This document shows positions 38,631 to 50,806 of a DNA stretch of 64,000 nt, in pieces. Position numbers and translations under genes: made by a program. Location of the stretch: positions 601,101-665,100 of the forward strand of contig OZ287696.1 in the NCBI GenBank assembly GCA_965649825.1. Reading direction: 5' to 3'. Position 1 is the first letter of the stretch. Each line of letters begins with the position of its first letter. Origin of the DNA: Penicillus capitatus (taxonomy: Eukaryota > Plantae > Chlorophyta). The notes beneath the pieces were generated by a model, which had not been told where the DNA came from, did not search any database, and saw only the letters and a program-made list of their open reading frames with translations.

Positions 38631-39197
38631 ATGGATGCTCGGGACATTCGCATGCAACAGTTTCTAGCAGAACTGGAGGAACGGGCACCACTGGTATGCT
38701 GCATGGTCGGGGAGACACAAGAAGAGGCGTTTAGGTGCCGGACGAGCTCGTGGAGTACTACTGTTGCCAGAGCGGCTGCGAAGTGAAAGACCCCCGAGCG
38801 TAGCTCCCCTCCTTCCGACGCCTGTGCCCATTGCCGACTGTGCGTCCCAGGGTGCGCCTGATGGGATTGGCCACGCAGAAGTTCATCACAGACATCGTTC
38901 AACAAGCAGTCCAGTCAGTCGCTCTCACACATCGCGTTTTGTGTGAGATCCCTTCCACCGCTGTTTCAGTCTGAGTCGTGTTCGAGACCGTCTGCCGTTT
39001 TCCCGGCTCAAAGATCTGGGGTTCAATCCAAAGGACAAGACACGCGTGCTGCTGATGGAGGAGTTGCTGAAAACGCTGAAACAGGTGTGCGTATCTCTTC
39101 ATTACTGTCCTTGACGTGACGGCGTCTGGCACAGTTTGGCATTCACGGACACCACGTTCCCTACTTCATGAACGCATCTGAACCTCCCCGACCATAG
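38631..39197 (+). CDS. TAF10: TFIID/SAGA subunit TAF10
   Basis: Spliced QFLAELEERAPL|VPDELVEYY..DPRA|VRLMGLATQKFITDI..VLLMEELLKTLKQ|FGI..PYF. Confidence 0.85.
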
Positions 39198-39376
39198 TTG
39201 CTCTGTTTATTACACAACGGTTTGTACAGGAAGCACTCAATTGAGTGTAGCTCAGTAGCGTTTGTGATATCCTACATGAAAGAGCTTGTTGGTTCAGCAG
39301 AGAACACAAAATAAAGCACGTCAGGTCATAGTACAACGCGCTCCCCGCGGAGCACAGAGATAAACGTCACCCTCTC

Positions 39377-40009
39377 TTATGGAGTCTGTTTGACCTCTCT
39401 GCTACAGATTGGACATTTCTTGCTGATTCTGAGCCATTGATCGATGCATCCAGGATGGAAGACGTGTCCACATGGTAAAACCTTCACCTGATGGTGCTGT
39501 TCAAACTCGCAACGGCACACGGTGCATTGCTCTTCGTCCAGATTCGTCCCTTTCGCCGCGGAGAACAGTCTGATGGGAAGAGCAGCAATGCTCTGCTCAC
39601 TGAGGCCCTTATTCACTACGCCAACGGTTTCTTCGAGTGCCCTCAGTTCTTCATACGACATATCATCCAAATCCAATGAATCGTGGCCGTCAGATGTGTT
39701 ATCCGCCGAGTCATAGAAATCAGACATATGACCCCCTTTATTTACGAAGCAAGTCTTTAGCGAAAAAATGGAATGGCGTACGGCATAACCTTGCATCAGA
39801 AGCTCTGGATCCACGTCGACGAGGTCACGCGACAGGCGATTCCGCACACGCACAAGAGCCTCTTGCATGTCGGCAACGATGTCGGCACTGACACAGCGGC
39901 AAAGAATCACTCCTCGACGAAGAGGCGGAGTGGATTACTCGTTGCGACGTTGGTACATCATGAGAGTCACTCTCTGTTCATGAATCATACGTGCAACGCG
40001 GCTCTCCAT
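39377..40009 (-). CDS. RING-H2 E3 ubiquitin ligase (BIG BROTHER/RNF38-like C-terminus); start approximate
   Basis: DDMSYEELRALEETVGVVNKGLS followed by CTVC..LPCGHVFHPGCIDQWL..CPIC. Confidence 0.88.
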
Positions 40010-40181
40010 GTCCTGCGTTTAGCCAACCCGTCATCGCACCGACACGGACATGTGGCAGATAGGTCTGCGGACCTGTGCGGTTTGACGGTCGGTGCGAGAA
40101 TTCATCGGGGACAACGTCGTCGCGGACCCTGGAATAATAAAGCGCAGAAATCGGAGGGGCTCCTTTGAAAAGACAGCGCCT

Positions 40182-43100
40182 CTACATGCTGACGTACAGA
40201 CTCGCTGCAAAGATGACGTCGCGTTTGATCAGATTCGAAGCGACCTGCATCTGCTGAAAGAGAGCGGTATTGCCCATGACGCGGGCAGCGTCCATGACTT
40301 CTCGACAGCTCTGCTCCAGACGGACGATAGTGCGGACAATGGTACCCTCTGGAACATCGGTCAGTTGACAGACCTCGACAAAAGACACGCCATTAGCCCA
40401 GGCATGGACCACATGGACGAGTCCAAAATTCAGTGTCGCCGTACAATAGGACTCGGGATCCAGACTCAGTCCACACTCGAACTGATAGATGCCGCAGGAG
40501 AGACAGAGTTCTCTCACATGGGCACATGCAGTGTCCAAGGACTCAGGAAGTTCTGGCCTCTGGATGTTCTTCTCCTAGAGAGTCATGATTTGTCGTCCTC
40601 TCCGAAGCTCGGAATGGAGGTGACTTGGAAAATGAAGGCAGAGAGAACGGCAACTGCTTCGGCAGGACTCAGACTGGACAGAACGCCGTGAAAGATCGTT
40701 TCTGTAATGATGAGTTCATCTCCAGAGTTGATTTCGCAAGCGACACGTCCTTTGAGCTGGACGGTGCCCGTGGCGTCTACATAACCGAAATGCTTCAAGA
40801 CGTCCAATCGCATGCCGAATTCAGGCATCTGCTTGTCACATCACATTGCATCTGAATAAGGATAAGCTGTGGATGGATCACTTGTTGAAGGGCGGCATCG
40901 GAGATCGAATGGCGCAGAACGGCACATCGATTTTCCAGTGTCCTCTCACTGTGTACCTGTGCGTACTTTGTCCCTCGACACAAACAGTGATGCACATCCA
41001 TTCCAAGGAGACATTCAAGCAGATGCTGTCGTTCCTGCAATGCCTCTGCCACGTCCACATCGTTCGAGACCTTTAGATCGACAAACTCAAAATGGCCCTC
41101 CTGTATGACATCGTACTCATCTTTGGATCAACAAAGAAATGGGGTGTACCTTGATGCAGTTCAGTTCGTTCAAGAGTGGCACTGTCAATTGAGGAGAGTC
41201 TTGTGGTGAGACCTGAGAGGTCTGAACTTGCAGACGTACTGTCAAGAAATGCACTAACTGATCTCCAGTCACATCATCCAATTTGTAATGCAGTCCATCA
41301 ATCTCGCCCACCATCGGCGATCTTAGAGGAGATGTGGCAGTCTCTTCATCCTCCGCATCTTTCTTACACTTGATCAGTCTTTTCCCTGCCAAGGCTTTCT
41401 CACCTGACATAATGAAACATCAGCAGCGACCCTTCGGACTCTTCGGCAGTTACTTGACGGCTGCTGCGGTTCGACGGATGGAATGTCTATTGCATCCCAT
41501 GGACCGGGATGGTGAAGACTGAGCACTCGAAAGGTCGAAGGCGTCTGCAATGTCGGTTTCTTCGATCGTTGTTTGCCGATCGATGCCGAATCTGGAAGGA
41601 TCACACCTAGCTCGACCAGACCAGATGACTTGTCGAAGACCAACAGCACTCGGCCATGCTGTAAGACCTTCTGAATCTTGCCATTCTTCAGAATGAGCGG
41701 CATCCATTCTCTGTTCATCTCGTTCAGGCGTCGATGCAGCTCGTAGTACTGACGGAGCGATGTCTTCGTGCAATCCCTTGGACAGTCCGGCCATTGCCTC
41801 GCCTTCAATGCCTTCAGGACTTCATCCATTCGCTTGATCTTTCGCAGATGACCACCAATGGCTTTCTGCGCATGAAACTCTGCAAAACTCCTCTTGAGCA
41901 TTTCTTCCACCTGAAACAAAACCGGGTGAAGATTGCGAGGGATGGAACGATCGAACTCGAAGGTCGTCGACGCGCATGAGATTCATAATCATGGAGTATG
42001 TCAGTCGAAAGCGACTGGACAGCACGACGCCACGTCCTTTCATCAAAGTTCTGAGCATCGTTTCTTCAGGGATCTCTTGCCAGCAAGCAATGACAACCAT
42101 TCCGACATCGTCAATGCCTCGACGTCCAGCGCGTCCCGCCATTTGCGTGTACTCTCCTGGCAAGAGTGTCCTGAACTCCTGTCCGTCGTGTTTCTTGAGG
42201 GAATGAAAAATGACGCTTCTGGCGGGAGCATTGACACCCATTGCGAATGTCTCGGTGGCGAAGAGCACTTTGAGGAGTCCTTTGCAAAATAGCATCTCCA
42301 CGACTTCCTTCATAATGGGCAGCAATCCGGCATGATGCACACCGATCCCTCTCTTTAGATACTCTCTCATCTGAAGAATCTGCGGCACGGATCGATCGGC
42401 TTCGGCCAGTCGGCTCAGTGACTTCTCTATAAAGACGTGGATCTCGTGCACTTCCGCTGAGGTGCTGAGGTCGATACTTCCCAAAAGAAAGGCACTTTCG
42501 TCACAGACTCTCTTGGAAAAGGCAAAAACGACAGCTGGCAGCAGAGACTTCTTCTCCAATGCTGTGAGCAGAGATTTCAGTTGGGTCTGATTGGATTTTG
42601 ATGTTGTGCCGGAATTGGGTCCGAGCTGTCGATTGACGAAGTGCATCATGCTTCCTTGTGCCTTGTCTGATAGATGACGTCCTCGTCCTCTTCTTCCTCC
42701 CCTGCCACCACCTCGCGTCTCGGATCCCCGACCACCTCTTCCCTCTGTGGGCTTCGATGTCGGCATCACTTTTTCGGTGTTTTTTCTTTTCTGCTCTATT
42801 TGAGCCGATCGGTACCCTTCACTCAGAAACAGATCCCCTTTGTAGACACTGAACAGTTTTCCACTGTAATACAGTTCGTGCTGAAGGGGCACCGGTCGTT
42901 TATTTGTACCTAGAGATCACACTTTTGTCATACGACAGTCACATCGGTTAAACAACGCACTCGAAATGTAGATCTTTGTCTTGAGCGTTCTTCCAACCCA
43001 CGAGGCGAATTCATCGACATTCGGGACCGTGGCCGAAAGAAGGATCACTTGAACGTGTGGCGGCAGCATGATGATTGTCTCTTCCCATACGACACCGCGT

Positions 43101-44278
43101 TCGACGTCGTTTACATAGTGGACTTCATCAAATATCACAAATTCCATATCTCGCGTCAGATCTGCTCCCTTGTACAGCATCGATCTCAGTATTTCAGTTG
43201 TCAGAATGAGACAGGAAGCGTGTGGATTGATCTGGGTGTCTCCCGTCATGATCCCCACATCGAATTTTGCACTGAAATCTCGGAATTTCTGATTACTGAT
43301 GGTTTTGATGGGCGAAGTGTAGACGGCTCGCGAACAATGCTTGAGTGCCAAAGCAAAGGCATACTCTGCCACAACTGTCTTCCCAGCAGAAGTGTGTGCT
43401 GCGACGAAGACAGACCGTCCCATTTCCAGGTTACAGATGGCTTCTTTCTGGAAGGTATCAAGCTCAAAGGGAAACTCCATGGCGAGCGAATCCTTTATCT
43501 CTGAAAACGTTTGTTCCATCTGTGGCAGACTACTGCGTATGATCCACGACTCCTGACTCAGACCCGTTTCGGACTCCAAGGCATCCAGATCTTTCGGATC
43601 AAAACTGTTGAAACGTTGCGTAATGTCGATCTCTGCCGCGTCCTCCATTTCTAAAGGGGAATGTACGTCTGCTGTGATACAGATAACAGATACTTACGTT
43701 CTTTCTCTGCTGCATGTAGAACAGATATCGTCTGTTCGGACGGCCATTGACCTTCCTGTTTGTCGATCTTTGCAGTCGCCTTTTCTGAGGCATCTCCGGA
43801 AGTCTGGAAGGACGGACTCGTAGCAACCTCGTTGACAGAGGCATGCTTTCCGGCAATGTCTGATGTGTGTTCGAAAAAGGCACAGGATGCGAATCCAGGA
43901 GCTCTGGCCTCACTCAACTGTCCTGTTCTCAATTCCTCTACCCACGATTGAGGCTCCTGACAGAATCCAAATCACACAAAACACTGGGAGAAGTGTTAAA
44001 AGGGAACAGGCCTTACGCCGATCCAAATCGGCTGGATTTACGGATGAAGGCAGAGGGATGGCGTCTTGAGTTCCGTTCAAAGAGACGGACGAAGTGCCCA
44101 CCGTTTGAAAAGGAACACTACCCGCGGTAGCGACCGATGGCGGTTCGAGGCGGAGAGGAGAGGGCAACGGTTCGACCTGTGGATGGTCAAACATCCCTAC
44201 GTCCGGCAGTCCCTTGCCATGGCGGTCGACAGACAGGAACGGCGGGTATAACATCTGACGCCCATTCCTTCGATGCAT
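40182..44278 (-). CDS. SKI2: SKI2-like DExH RNA helicase (cytoplasmic exosome cofactor)
   Basis: [62 protein letters not shown] and terminal [12 protein letters not shown]. Confidence 0.95.
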
Positions 44279-44375
44279 ACGTCACAAACGCCTTCCGAAT
44301 ACTCGAATCGTGAAAATCGACGTGTCATGTCAACAACACTTCTTTAAAGCAAGGAGTGTCTATTCGGGTTAACTC

Positions 44376-45297
44376 TTAGGCAAAGAAAATCTTTCCCATC
44401 AGGTAATCATAGATCCACGCCGGCATCCACAGAATCAAGTGGGATGTGAACCACGACCCCCATGTGTCGTACAATACATTCCTTGGAGAGCGGTCCGTTA
44501 ATGCTTGAAGAATTCTGTTACCGACCACCATGGGGTCCACCATCATCTTCTGGAAAGGTTCTCCCGCTTTCGGCAGGTTATCCAGATCCTTCCCGTAATA
44601 CTTATAGCAATCCGTATCCGGCGTGAATTGTTTCATATAGCGACTGTATTCCACCATGATGGTCTTGTCAAAGTTCGTTTTAACAGGTCCAGGCTTGATC
44701 AGAATGACCTTCACTCCGAATCGTCCCACTTCCTGTCGAAACGTTTGGTTGATCGCCTGGACGGCAGACTTTGTGGAGTCATACACTCCGACATAAGGGA
44801 CAATGTTTTCAGCACCCACAGATCCAACGTTGATCACACGGCCAGGTTTGCCCATGCGGATGAGTGGCATTGCTGCTTGTGTCAGGCGGATGACTCCGAA
44901 CACATTGATGTCGTACTGACGTGTGACATCCTCCATTGAGATGAATTCTACCGGACCCGTGTACGCCATGCCGGCGTTGTTGACTAAGGCGTCCAGTCCT
45001 TCAGACCCGACGCCAACGCGCACCTCCTCTATGGCTGCGGCAATCTGTTCGGGTTTCGTCACGTCCAGGAAAAGAGGTCGGATATTGGTGCTGTAGCTGC
45101 GCAGTTTTTCCGCGTCTGCCTCTTTGCGGATACCGGCATATACAATCCAGCCTTTATCGGCCAGCAACTTCGCGGTAGCTTCGCCAATGCCGGTAGAGCA
45201 ACCGGACATCAACACTGTGGGCTGTGTCTCTAGAATGACACATGACCCGTACGTTACTCAGGAAGAGGAGCGTCAGTGGATGTTCCTTACCTGACAT
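44376..45297 (-). CDS. Classical short-chain dehydrogenase/reductase (RDH/17beta-HSD-like), 2 exons
   Basis: SGCSTGIG, LVNNAG, NVFG, YDSTK and IKPG. The first exon ATGTCAG|GTAAGG starts at 45297. Confidence 0.92.
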
Positions 45298-45409
45298 TTC
45301 TCTTTACTTAATTCTTGTCGTCAGCGAGAAGTGTCGCCGAAACGAAAGGTTGAATAATTTGTACTCCCTGTGACTAAGCGCAACAAGATGACTAACGTTG
45401 ACGACATCG

Positions 45410-46000
45410 TTATGCACAATGGTCCAATTTTATGCCAATGTTTGTGATCCATAGCTTCGCGCCACCTACGGTTTTGTTGAAGCAGTATTGCATGATGTGT
45501 CCATGTTGATCGTAAGCAACAAAAACGTCAATGTTTGTAGGACAGTAAGCAGTAAGAGGCAGAGGTGTATCTGGGAGACAAGAGGTCCCATGATAGAAAA
45601 ATGAGAAACCGTTGAAAGACGCTCTTGAGTAGACCCTGACTAATGTCCCTTCGCGACGTTGACTGTCGTTGATGGTTTCTCTTGTGTAAAGGCCAGCCAT
45701 ATCCAAACGTACCTCCGTCTCTCTCTAGTGCTACTGTTGTCAAATCCATGTCCAAGAATTCCGTTGTGTGGCGTTACGACACTGACGACGCTATGTCGAA
45801 AAACAAAACTTTCAATAGTTTTCGACTCAGCCTTGATCGAGGCGAAAAACACACGAAACTCACCTCATGGCCAGTCCTTCTTCGCCAAGAGCATGTCGCT
45901 GTACTGAATATCTGATATGGTCCTCGGCGACGGTCGTAACCCAGCCTTGATGGTCGTCGTCATGATTTGCATCGCGATGCCGTTTTCTGTATTCGGCCAT
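45410..46000 (-). CDS. Hypothetical protein of about 150 aa, 3 exons
   Basis: Two GT-AG introns (GTGAGT.., GTACGT..) join three open segments in frame from ATG 46000 to TAA 45410. No known family. Confidence 0.5.
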
Positions 46001-46757
46001 GCATGCTTGCTAGCTGCACTGCATAATCATAATTGAAGGTTGATGTTTTACACAACGACCGCTCTACAATGCCGACATTGCGCATCCAGGAATTGAGATG
46101 CGTCCTGTCTTTCTTGCTTTATCTTTAGACAGGAAAACGAAATGAAACCTCCTAAGTACTTGTCTAATATGACTCGTGTAACTGATGATTGCCTGACGGA
46201 ATTCTCTCTCTGCTTTCACGGATCCATTGTCCTCGTAAAGGGGCACACGATTTGGTTTTAGTCGAGAGAAAGGAAGTTACAGGGGTTTCTAGGAACAGAG
46301 GAGCTTATCTGAAAGTGGTTGATTATCTGATACAGAACAACAATCGAGTGTTAACCCAACCCCTAGCGCTTGGGAGAAAGGCGAGGGACAGACGCAATCA
46401 TGAACAGAGGCCATACAAAATGCACCCTGTGAGCACGACAGATGTTGTTCTCTTGACATGCGCCAATCTCGGCCTCTCAGGTCAATGCTCAAGAGGAACT
46501 GCACCGAAACGCATCGCTCCAGAGCATTCTATTAATTCTCTGCCCGTTACGTAGCATCCGTCTCGATACCGCTCTGTTCGAAAAGTCGATCGGGTTGTGT
46601 CGTAGTCGCCTCAGACGTCCCGTTTAGCCGTTGTATCAAATTCCCGTACTGTCTCGTAGGCAGGAACCTCTCGGCGTGTACACTCACGATAGAATACAAT
46701 ACACACGGCTGAAACGTGTCAGTCAACGAGCGTTTCTGATTTGTGTCCTCATATCCA

Positions 46758-47514
46758 ATGCAATATTCTTTTTCGCGGTGCAGCGCCTTTATCGCAGTTT
46801 TCTTCTTAGGATTTGCACCACTGTTCTATTCTTTAAAGGTGAAACTGTCTCGTTTTTTTCTCAGACAGACGGGCAATAGTTTGCGCACTTTGTAGAGTCC
46901 ACTCGAAGACGATTGCTATCCGCAATTCCAAACACTCGAGAGTCATCATCAAAAAGGGCTACGATGCGCAAGACCCGATTCTTTCAACGCTTTACGCTCA
47001 AACAGCCGGCGTCTCTTAACGCGTAGTAAGTACACCGACGGAGAAACAACGAAGACGGCGTGCATCTGTTGTGTGTTCTGCAGCAACGACCGACAATGCT
47101 TCGAGTGGACTGATTTTGACATGCTTGTCGTTGTCCTTTATGTGTTTGTGCATTTCTTGGTGTCAGAATTGCAAGATCTGTCGAGACAGATGGCAAGATC
47201 TAGACACCGATAGCGACGCGTCCAATTCTCAATCAGACGCAGAATCCACACGACCCATTTTACGAATGCAGTACAGATCACGTCCGACAGCAGCTTTCTC
47301 ATCTTTTGAAGTGAGCAGAAAGATCGCACCGTCATATATCGAACTGCATTCACCATCGTATGTTTGTTCTGGATGAAAATCTCTTCGCTATGCGAGTCTG
47401 TGGTGCAGGATCCAGATATTGGTTATCGATCCCGTGGGAAACTTGACCCTCGGCGTCGAGACACATGAATCCACATTACCTATTGAATCTATTTCGATCC
47501 CAGAGCATCAATGA
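46758..47514 (+). CDS. Small type-I membrane protein (signal peptide, RRLL, Cys-rich TM), 4 exons
   Basis: MQYSFSRCSAFIAVFFLGFAPLFYSLK|SPLEDDCYP..NSRRLLTR|TTTDNASSGLILTCLSLSFMCLCISWC..|IQILVIDPVGNLTLGVE. All joins are GT-AG and in frame. Confidence 0.6.
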
Positions 47515-48212
47515 ATGCAGGGATGACCTTTTGAAGAATTCATTTTTGCCTTTGGGGGTATGTCAGCTTGCAAACAATGTGTCGAATATTCACTGCTCTT
47601 TGGAAAGAGTCTTCAAGAGTCCAGGTCCTATTACACAGAAAGCACATCTCAACCGAAGGGTATGATTTGCGATGACACCGACGGACAGAGTGATATGTGT
47701 GAGGCTCTGAGGTGGAACACCGCTAAATGAGCTCATAAAAGGTCGTCCTCGAAAGATGTGGTATCGATGCCGAAGTGAATGTTGACATTGCAGGGACAAT
47801 CTGCAAAGTCCAATGCACATGACAGGAAGTTCGTGCAGATAGCGTCAAGGCAGGGTCGCTGTTTCGGACGCTACGGTTGCGGAAGGCTGCGACGTGCAAG
47901 GGACATACGGACGGACGGATGCACACAATACCATTCGAAAGTTCATGAAACTAAAATGTAAAAATGGCTTTCATCTATGCCTAACGCTCCAAGTACTGAG
48001 ATACACTCCACGGAGAAGATGCCACAAAGATTTTAGCTTCTGACAGACATCGTCTGTTCACAGTGTGTTTCAGCTTTCTCCTATCCACCGCAATGATAAT
48101 CCTATGTTTTGGTGCATCCGCGAACCTGCATTATACACACTATTATGAGTGATATAGAAAAAAAGTATGTATAGTGGAGACTCTCGCAGTACTGTCGTCT
48201 AAAGAGAGCGTC

Positions 48213-48764
48213 ATGCAGCAGAGACATGGTCACCTTGTATGTATTGTCCTTCTGGTCTGCGCGGGACTATCATCGTTGGCGCACTGTTCCTGCGTATGAC
48301 AACGATCTGTCTAAAGGAACGCCGATACAGTTCTGTTTGTAGTATGTCTTGTTGGCCACGCCAGCTTTCTCTGGCTTCTGTGAAGACTTGCGTTCCTTAT
48401 CAACAACGCCGAAGAATGCGTCTCGACCATTTCCCAACAGCTTCGGACACGTCAGAAAGCTTCTCAATACAGGTCGGTTTCGCACCATGCAGGAAGGGTG
48501 AAACGTTTCAAATTCTTCTGTGCAGGAGACTGGATGTATCCAATCATGATCTTCGCAGGCGCAGCTTGTTTTATAATAACTTTCGTGCTCTGCTGCTTTA
48601 TTTACCTTTGCTTCAGTCGGCCTGACAGTCGGCATATGCGGAGCAGACCGGAGGAGAACAGCGAGGTTGGGATCACAGGACAAGCTGCGCGTCATTCCAC
48701 TCGATTGGACAATCTTCCAGCATGGATTGGGCCTCTGCCAAATGAGCCGAGTCCTACCGCGTAA
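48213..48764 (+). CDS. Small type-I membrane protein (signal peptide, RKLL, Cys-rich TM), 3 exons
   Basis: MQQRHGHLVCIVLLVCAGLSSLAHCSC|YVLL..GHVRKLLNT|GDWMYPIMIFAGAACFIITFVLCCFIYLCFSRPDSR. All joins are GT-AG and in frame. Confidence 0.65.
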
Positions 48765-49065
48765 TTGACGCCACTCCTGTGTTCTTCTATCCATGAATTT
48801 GTTGTCTGTGTGTGTGCAGAATCCATATCGTCGTACTCAATCCCACTGGCATCATTACGCTCGGGATTCAGAGCGAATCGTAAAATCCGAAATGCATGTT
48901 AGACTGAAGGCCGTTTCATTTGTTTTCTGTGAAATGTCTTGACGAGTTTTTTTGAAATCGATAATATTCTCCGTGAATACAAATGACAAAGTAGTGAATT
49001 GTTAATTTGTCATAGTATTGTGCGTCAGAAGGCGCTGTCGAATGAGTAAGTTCGGTTAAAACGGA

Positions 49066-50565
49066 ATGCTTCGCGTTTGCGTCCAAATGGGTGTCATTAT
49101 GTATATGATGAAAGCTCCACTTCTGTTGACTGTCTGTATTCCCTTCCTTGCTGTCGCCTTTCTTTTCAGGGCGAACACATGGACGTTTCTCTCTTGTCTT
49201 CTTGGTTTGGTGCTCCTCTCCAATCGTCTTCCTGTCTTTCTGCGTTTTCTCTTTCCGACTGTCCGTCGAGGGACTGTCGGTTTCTTCCATCCCCATTCAG
49301 AAGATGGCGGCGGTGGAGAGCGTGTCTTGTGGACTGCCATCAAAGCGCTGCACGATGCTCGTCCTGGTCTCCGAATAGCGGTCTTCACAGGACCGGGTTT
49401 CGAGGCCGAAGAGCTTGTTGCTCGGGCTGAACGCAAATTCAACTTGAGAATCGACTGCCCTATCGAAATCATACCACTCTTGCGCGTTGCATGGCTGGAA
49501 TCTGTACGATATCCACGTTTCACACTTTTCTGTCAAAGTCTGGTGTCGATCTCCGTTGCCTGGATGGGACTGCTCAACACTGTCCCTGAGATTTTCGTGG
49601 ACACAAGCGGTTGGAGTTTCATCTACCCGCTAACCAAGTGGTTAGGCTGCAAAGTGGTTTGCTACGTACATTATCCCACCATCAGTCAGGACATGCTCTC
49701 TCGCGTTCAATCAGGTGTCTCTTCATATAACAACGATCCACACATCGCCAAATCGCGTCCCCTGACGCGAGCAAAGGAGATCTATTACCATGCCTTTGCT
49801 GCATGTTACCGTTTTGCCGGGAGCTTTGCGGAAGTCGTGATGGTTAACTCGAAGTGGACGGAGAACCACATCCGCCATATCTGGAGACAGAAGAGCCGAC
49901 CCATCCTCGTGTATCCTCCAGTTGACGCTGTATCTCTGCGGCAGTTACCTTTGGAACGTTCATTGGAGAAACGCATCATCATTTCTGTTGCACAGTTTCG
50001 CCCCGAGAAGAACCATGCTCTGCAGATTCAGGCCTATGCCAAGTGTCTGAAAAATGCTGTCGATGGAGATCCTGTCTCTTCATCCAAGCTGAAAATCGTG
50101 GGCAGCTGCAGAAACCAAGAAGATAATGAACGTCTAAGACGTCTAAAATGTATGGTCAGTGAGAACCACCTCCAGTCCCATGTTGAGTTTCTTGAGAACA
50201 TTCCGTACAAGGATCTCAGAGAGTTGCTAGGAAAGGCTGTTGCTGGACTGCACACAATGGTGGACGAGCATTTTGGAATAGGGGTGGTCGAATACATGGC
50301 AGCCGGTGTCATTCCCATTGCACACAATTCAGGCGGACCGAAGCTGGATATTATCTCTCCTCGGCATGGCTATCTGCGAACGACACTCGATGAGTACTCG
50401 GACGCCATCAACGAGGTTTTGAGAATGGAGGAGACAGATAGAAGAGCGATGGCACAGGAGTGCAGAGAAAGGGCAAATCTTTTCAGCCAAGAGAAATTCG
50501 AGCAGGAGTTTCTGAACGCACTCGGACCTGTATTGCCTCCAGATGCCGTCGCCCCTGGGCTCTAG
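49066..50565 (+). CDS. ALG11: GDP-Man alpha-1,2-mannosyltransferase ALG11, intronless
   Basis: N-terminal TM segments, GFFHP...GGGGERVLW, YVHYPTIS, SVAQFRPEKNH and EHFGIGVVEYMAAG..AHNSGGP. Confidence 0.93.
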   Translation: MLRVCVQMGVIMYMMKAPLLLTVCIPFLAVAFLFRANTWTFLSCLLGLVLLSNRLPVFLRFLFPTVRRGTVGFFHPHSEDGGGGERVLWTAIKALHDARPGLRIAVFTGPGFEAEELVARAERKFNLRIDCPIEIIPLLRVAWLESVRYPRFTLFCQSLVSISVAWMGLLNTVPEIFVDTSGWSFIYPLTKWLGCKVVCYVHYPTISQDMLSRVQSGVSSYNNDPHIAKSRPLTRAKEIYYHAFAACYRFAGSFAEVVMVNSKWTENHIRHIWRQKSRPILVYPPVDAVSLRQLPLERSLEKRIIISVAQFRPEKNHALQIQAYAKCLKNAVDGDPVSSSKLKIVGSCRNQEDNERLRRLKCMVSENHLQSHVEFLENIPYKDLRELLGKAVAGLHTMVDEHFGIGVVEYMAAGVIPIAHNSGGPKLDIISPRHGYLRTTLDEYSDAINEVLRMEETDRRAMAQECRERANLFSQEKFEQEFLNALGPVLPPDAVAPGL

Positions 50566-50806
50566 GTGCTTTTGTAGAAGAAAGACGAGAGATCATCGTG
50601 TATCACCTTCCATAGGAAGTGATGAACCAAAGTCTTAGAGTCAGACGATGTGACAGTCATGTTTTGATGGGCGACTGCTGTGCCAATGTTAAACAGGCAC
50701 TACAAAAACGCGCGTTTGCGTCAAAATGCATCATAGATGCAAATGAGACGACGTCTTCGTCAACCGCGGAGCTCGTCTTTGTGTCGCACACGTCGAAGTC
50801 GTTTCT

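Noticed and set aside
47560-48150. A third small gene between the two R[RK]LL genes
   Set aside because: Only short frames are present (e.g. DAICTNFLSCALDFADCPC.. on minus), with no start codon or consistent splice path.
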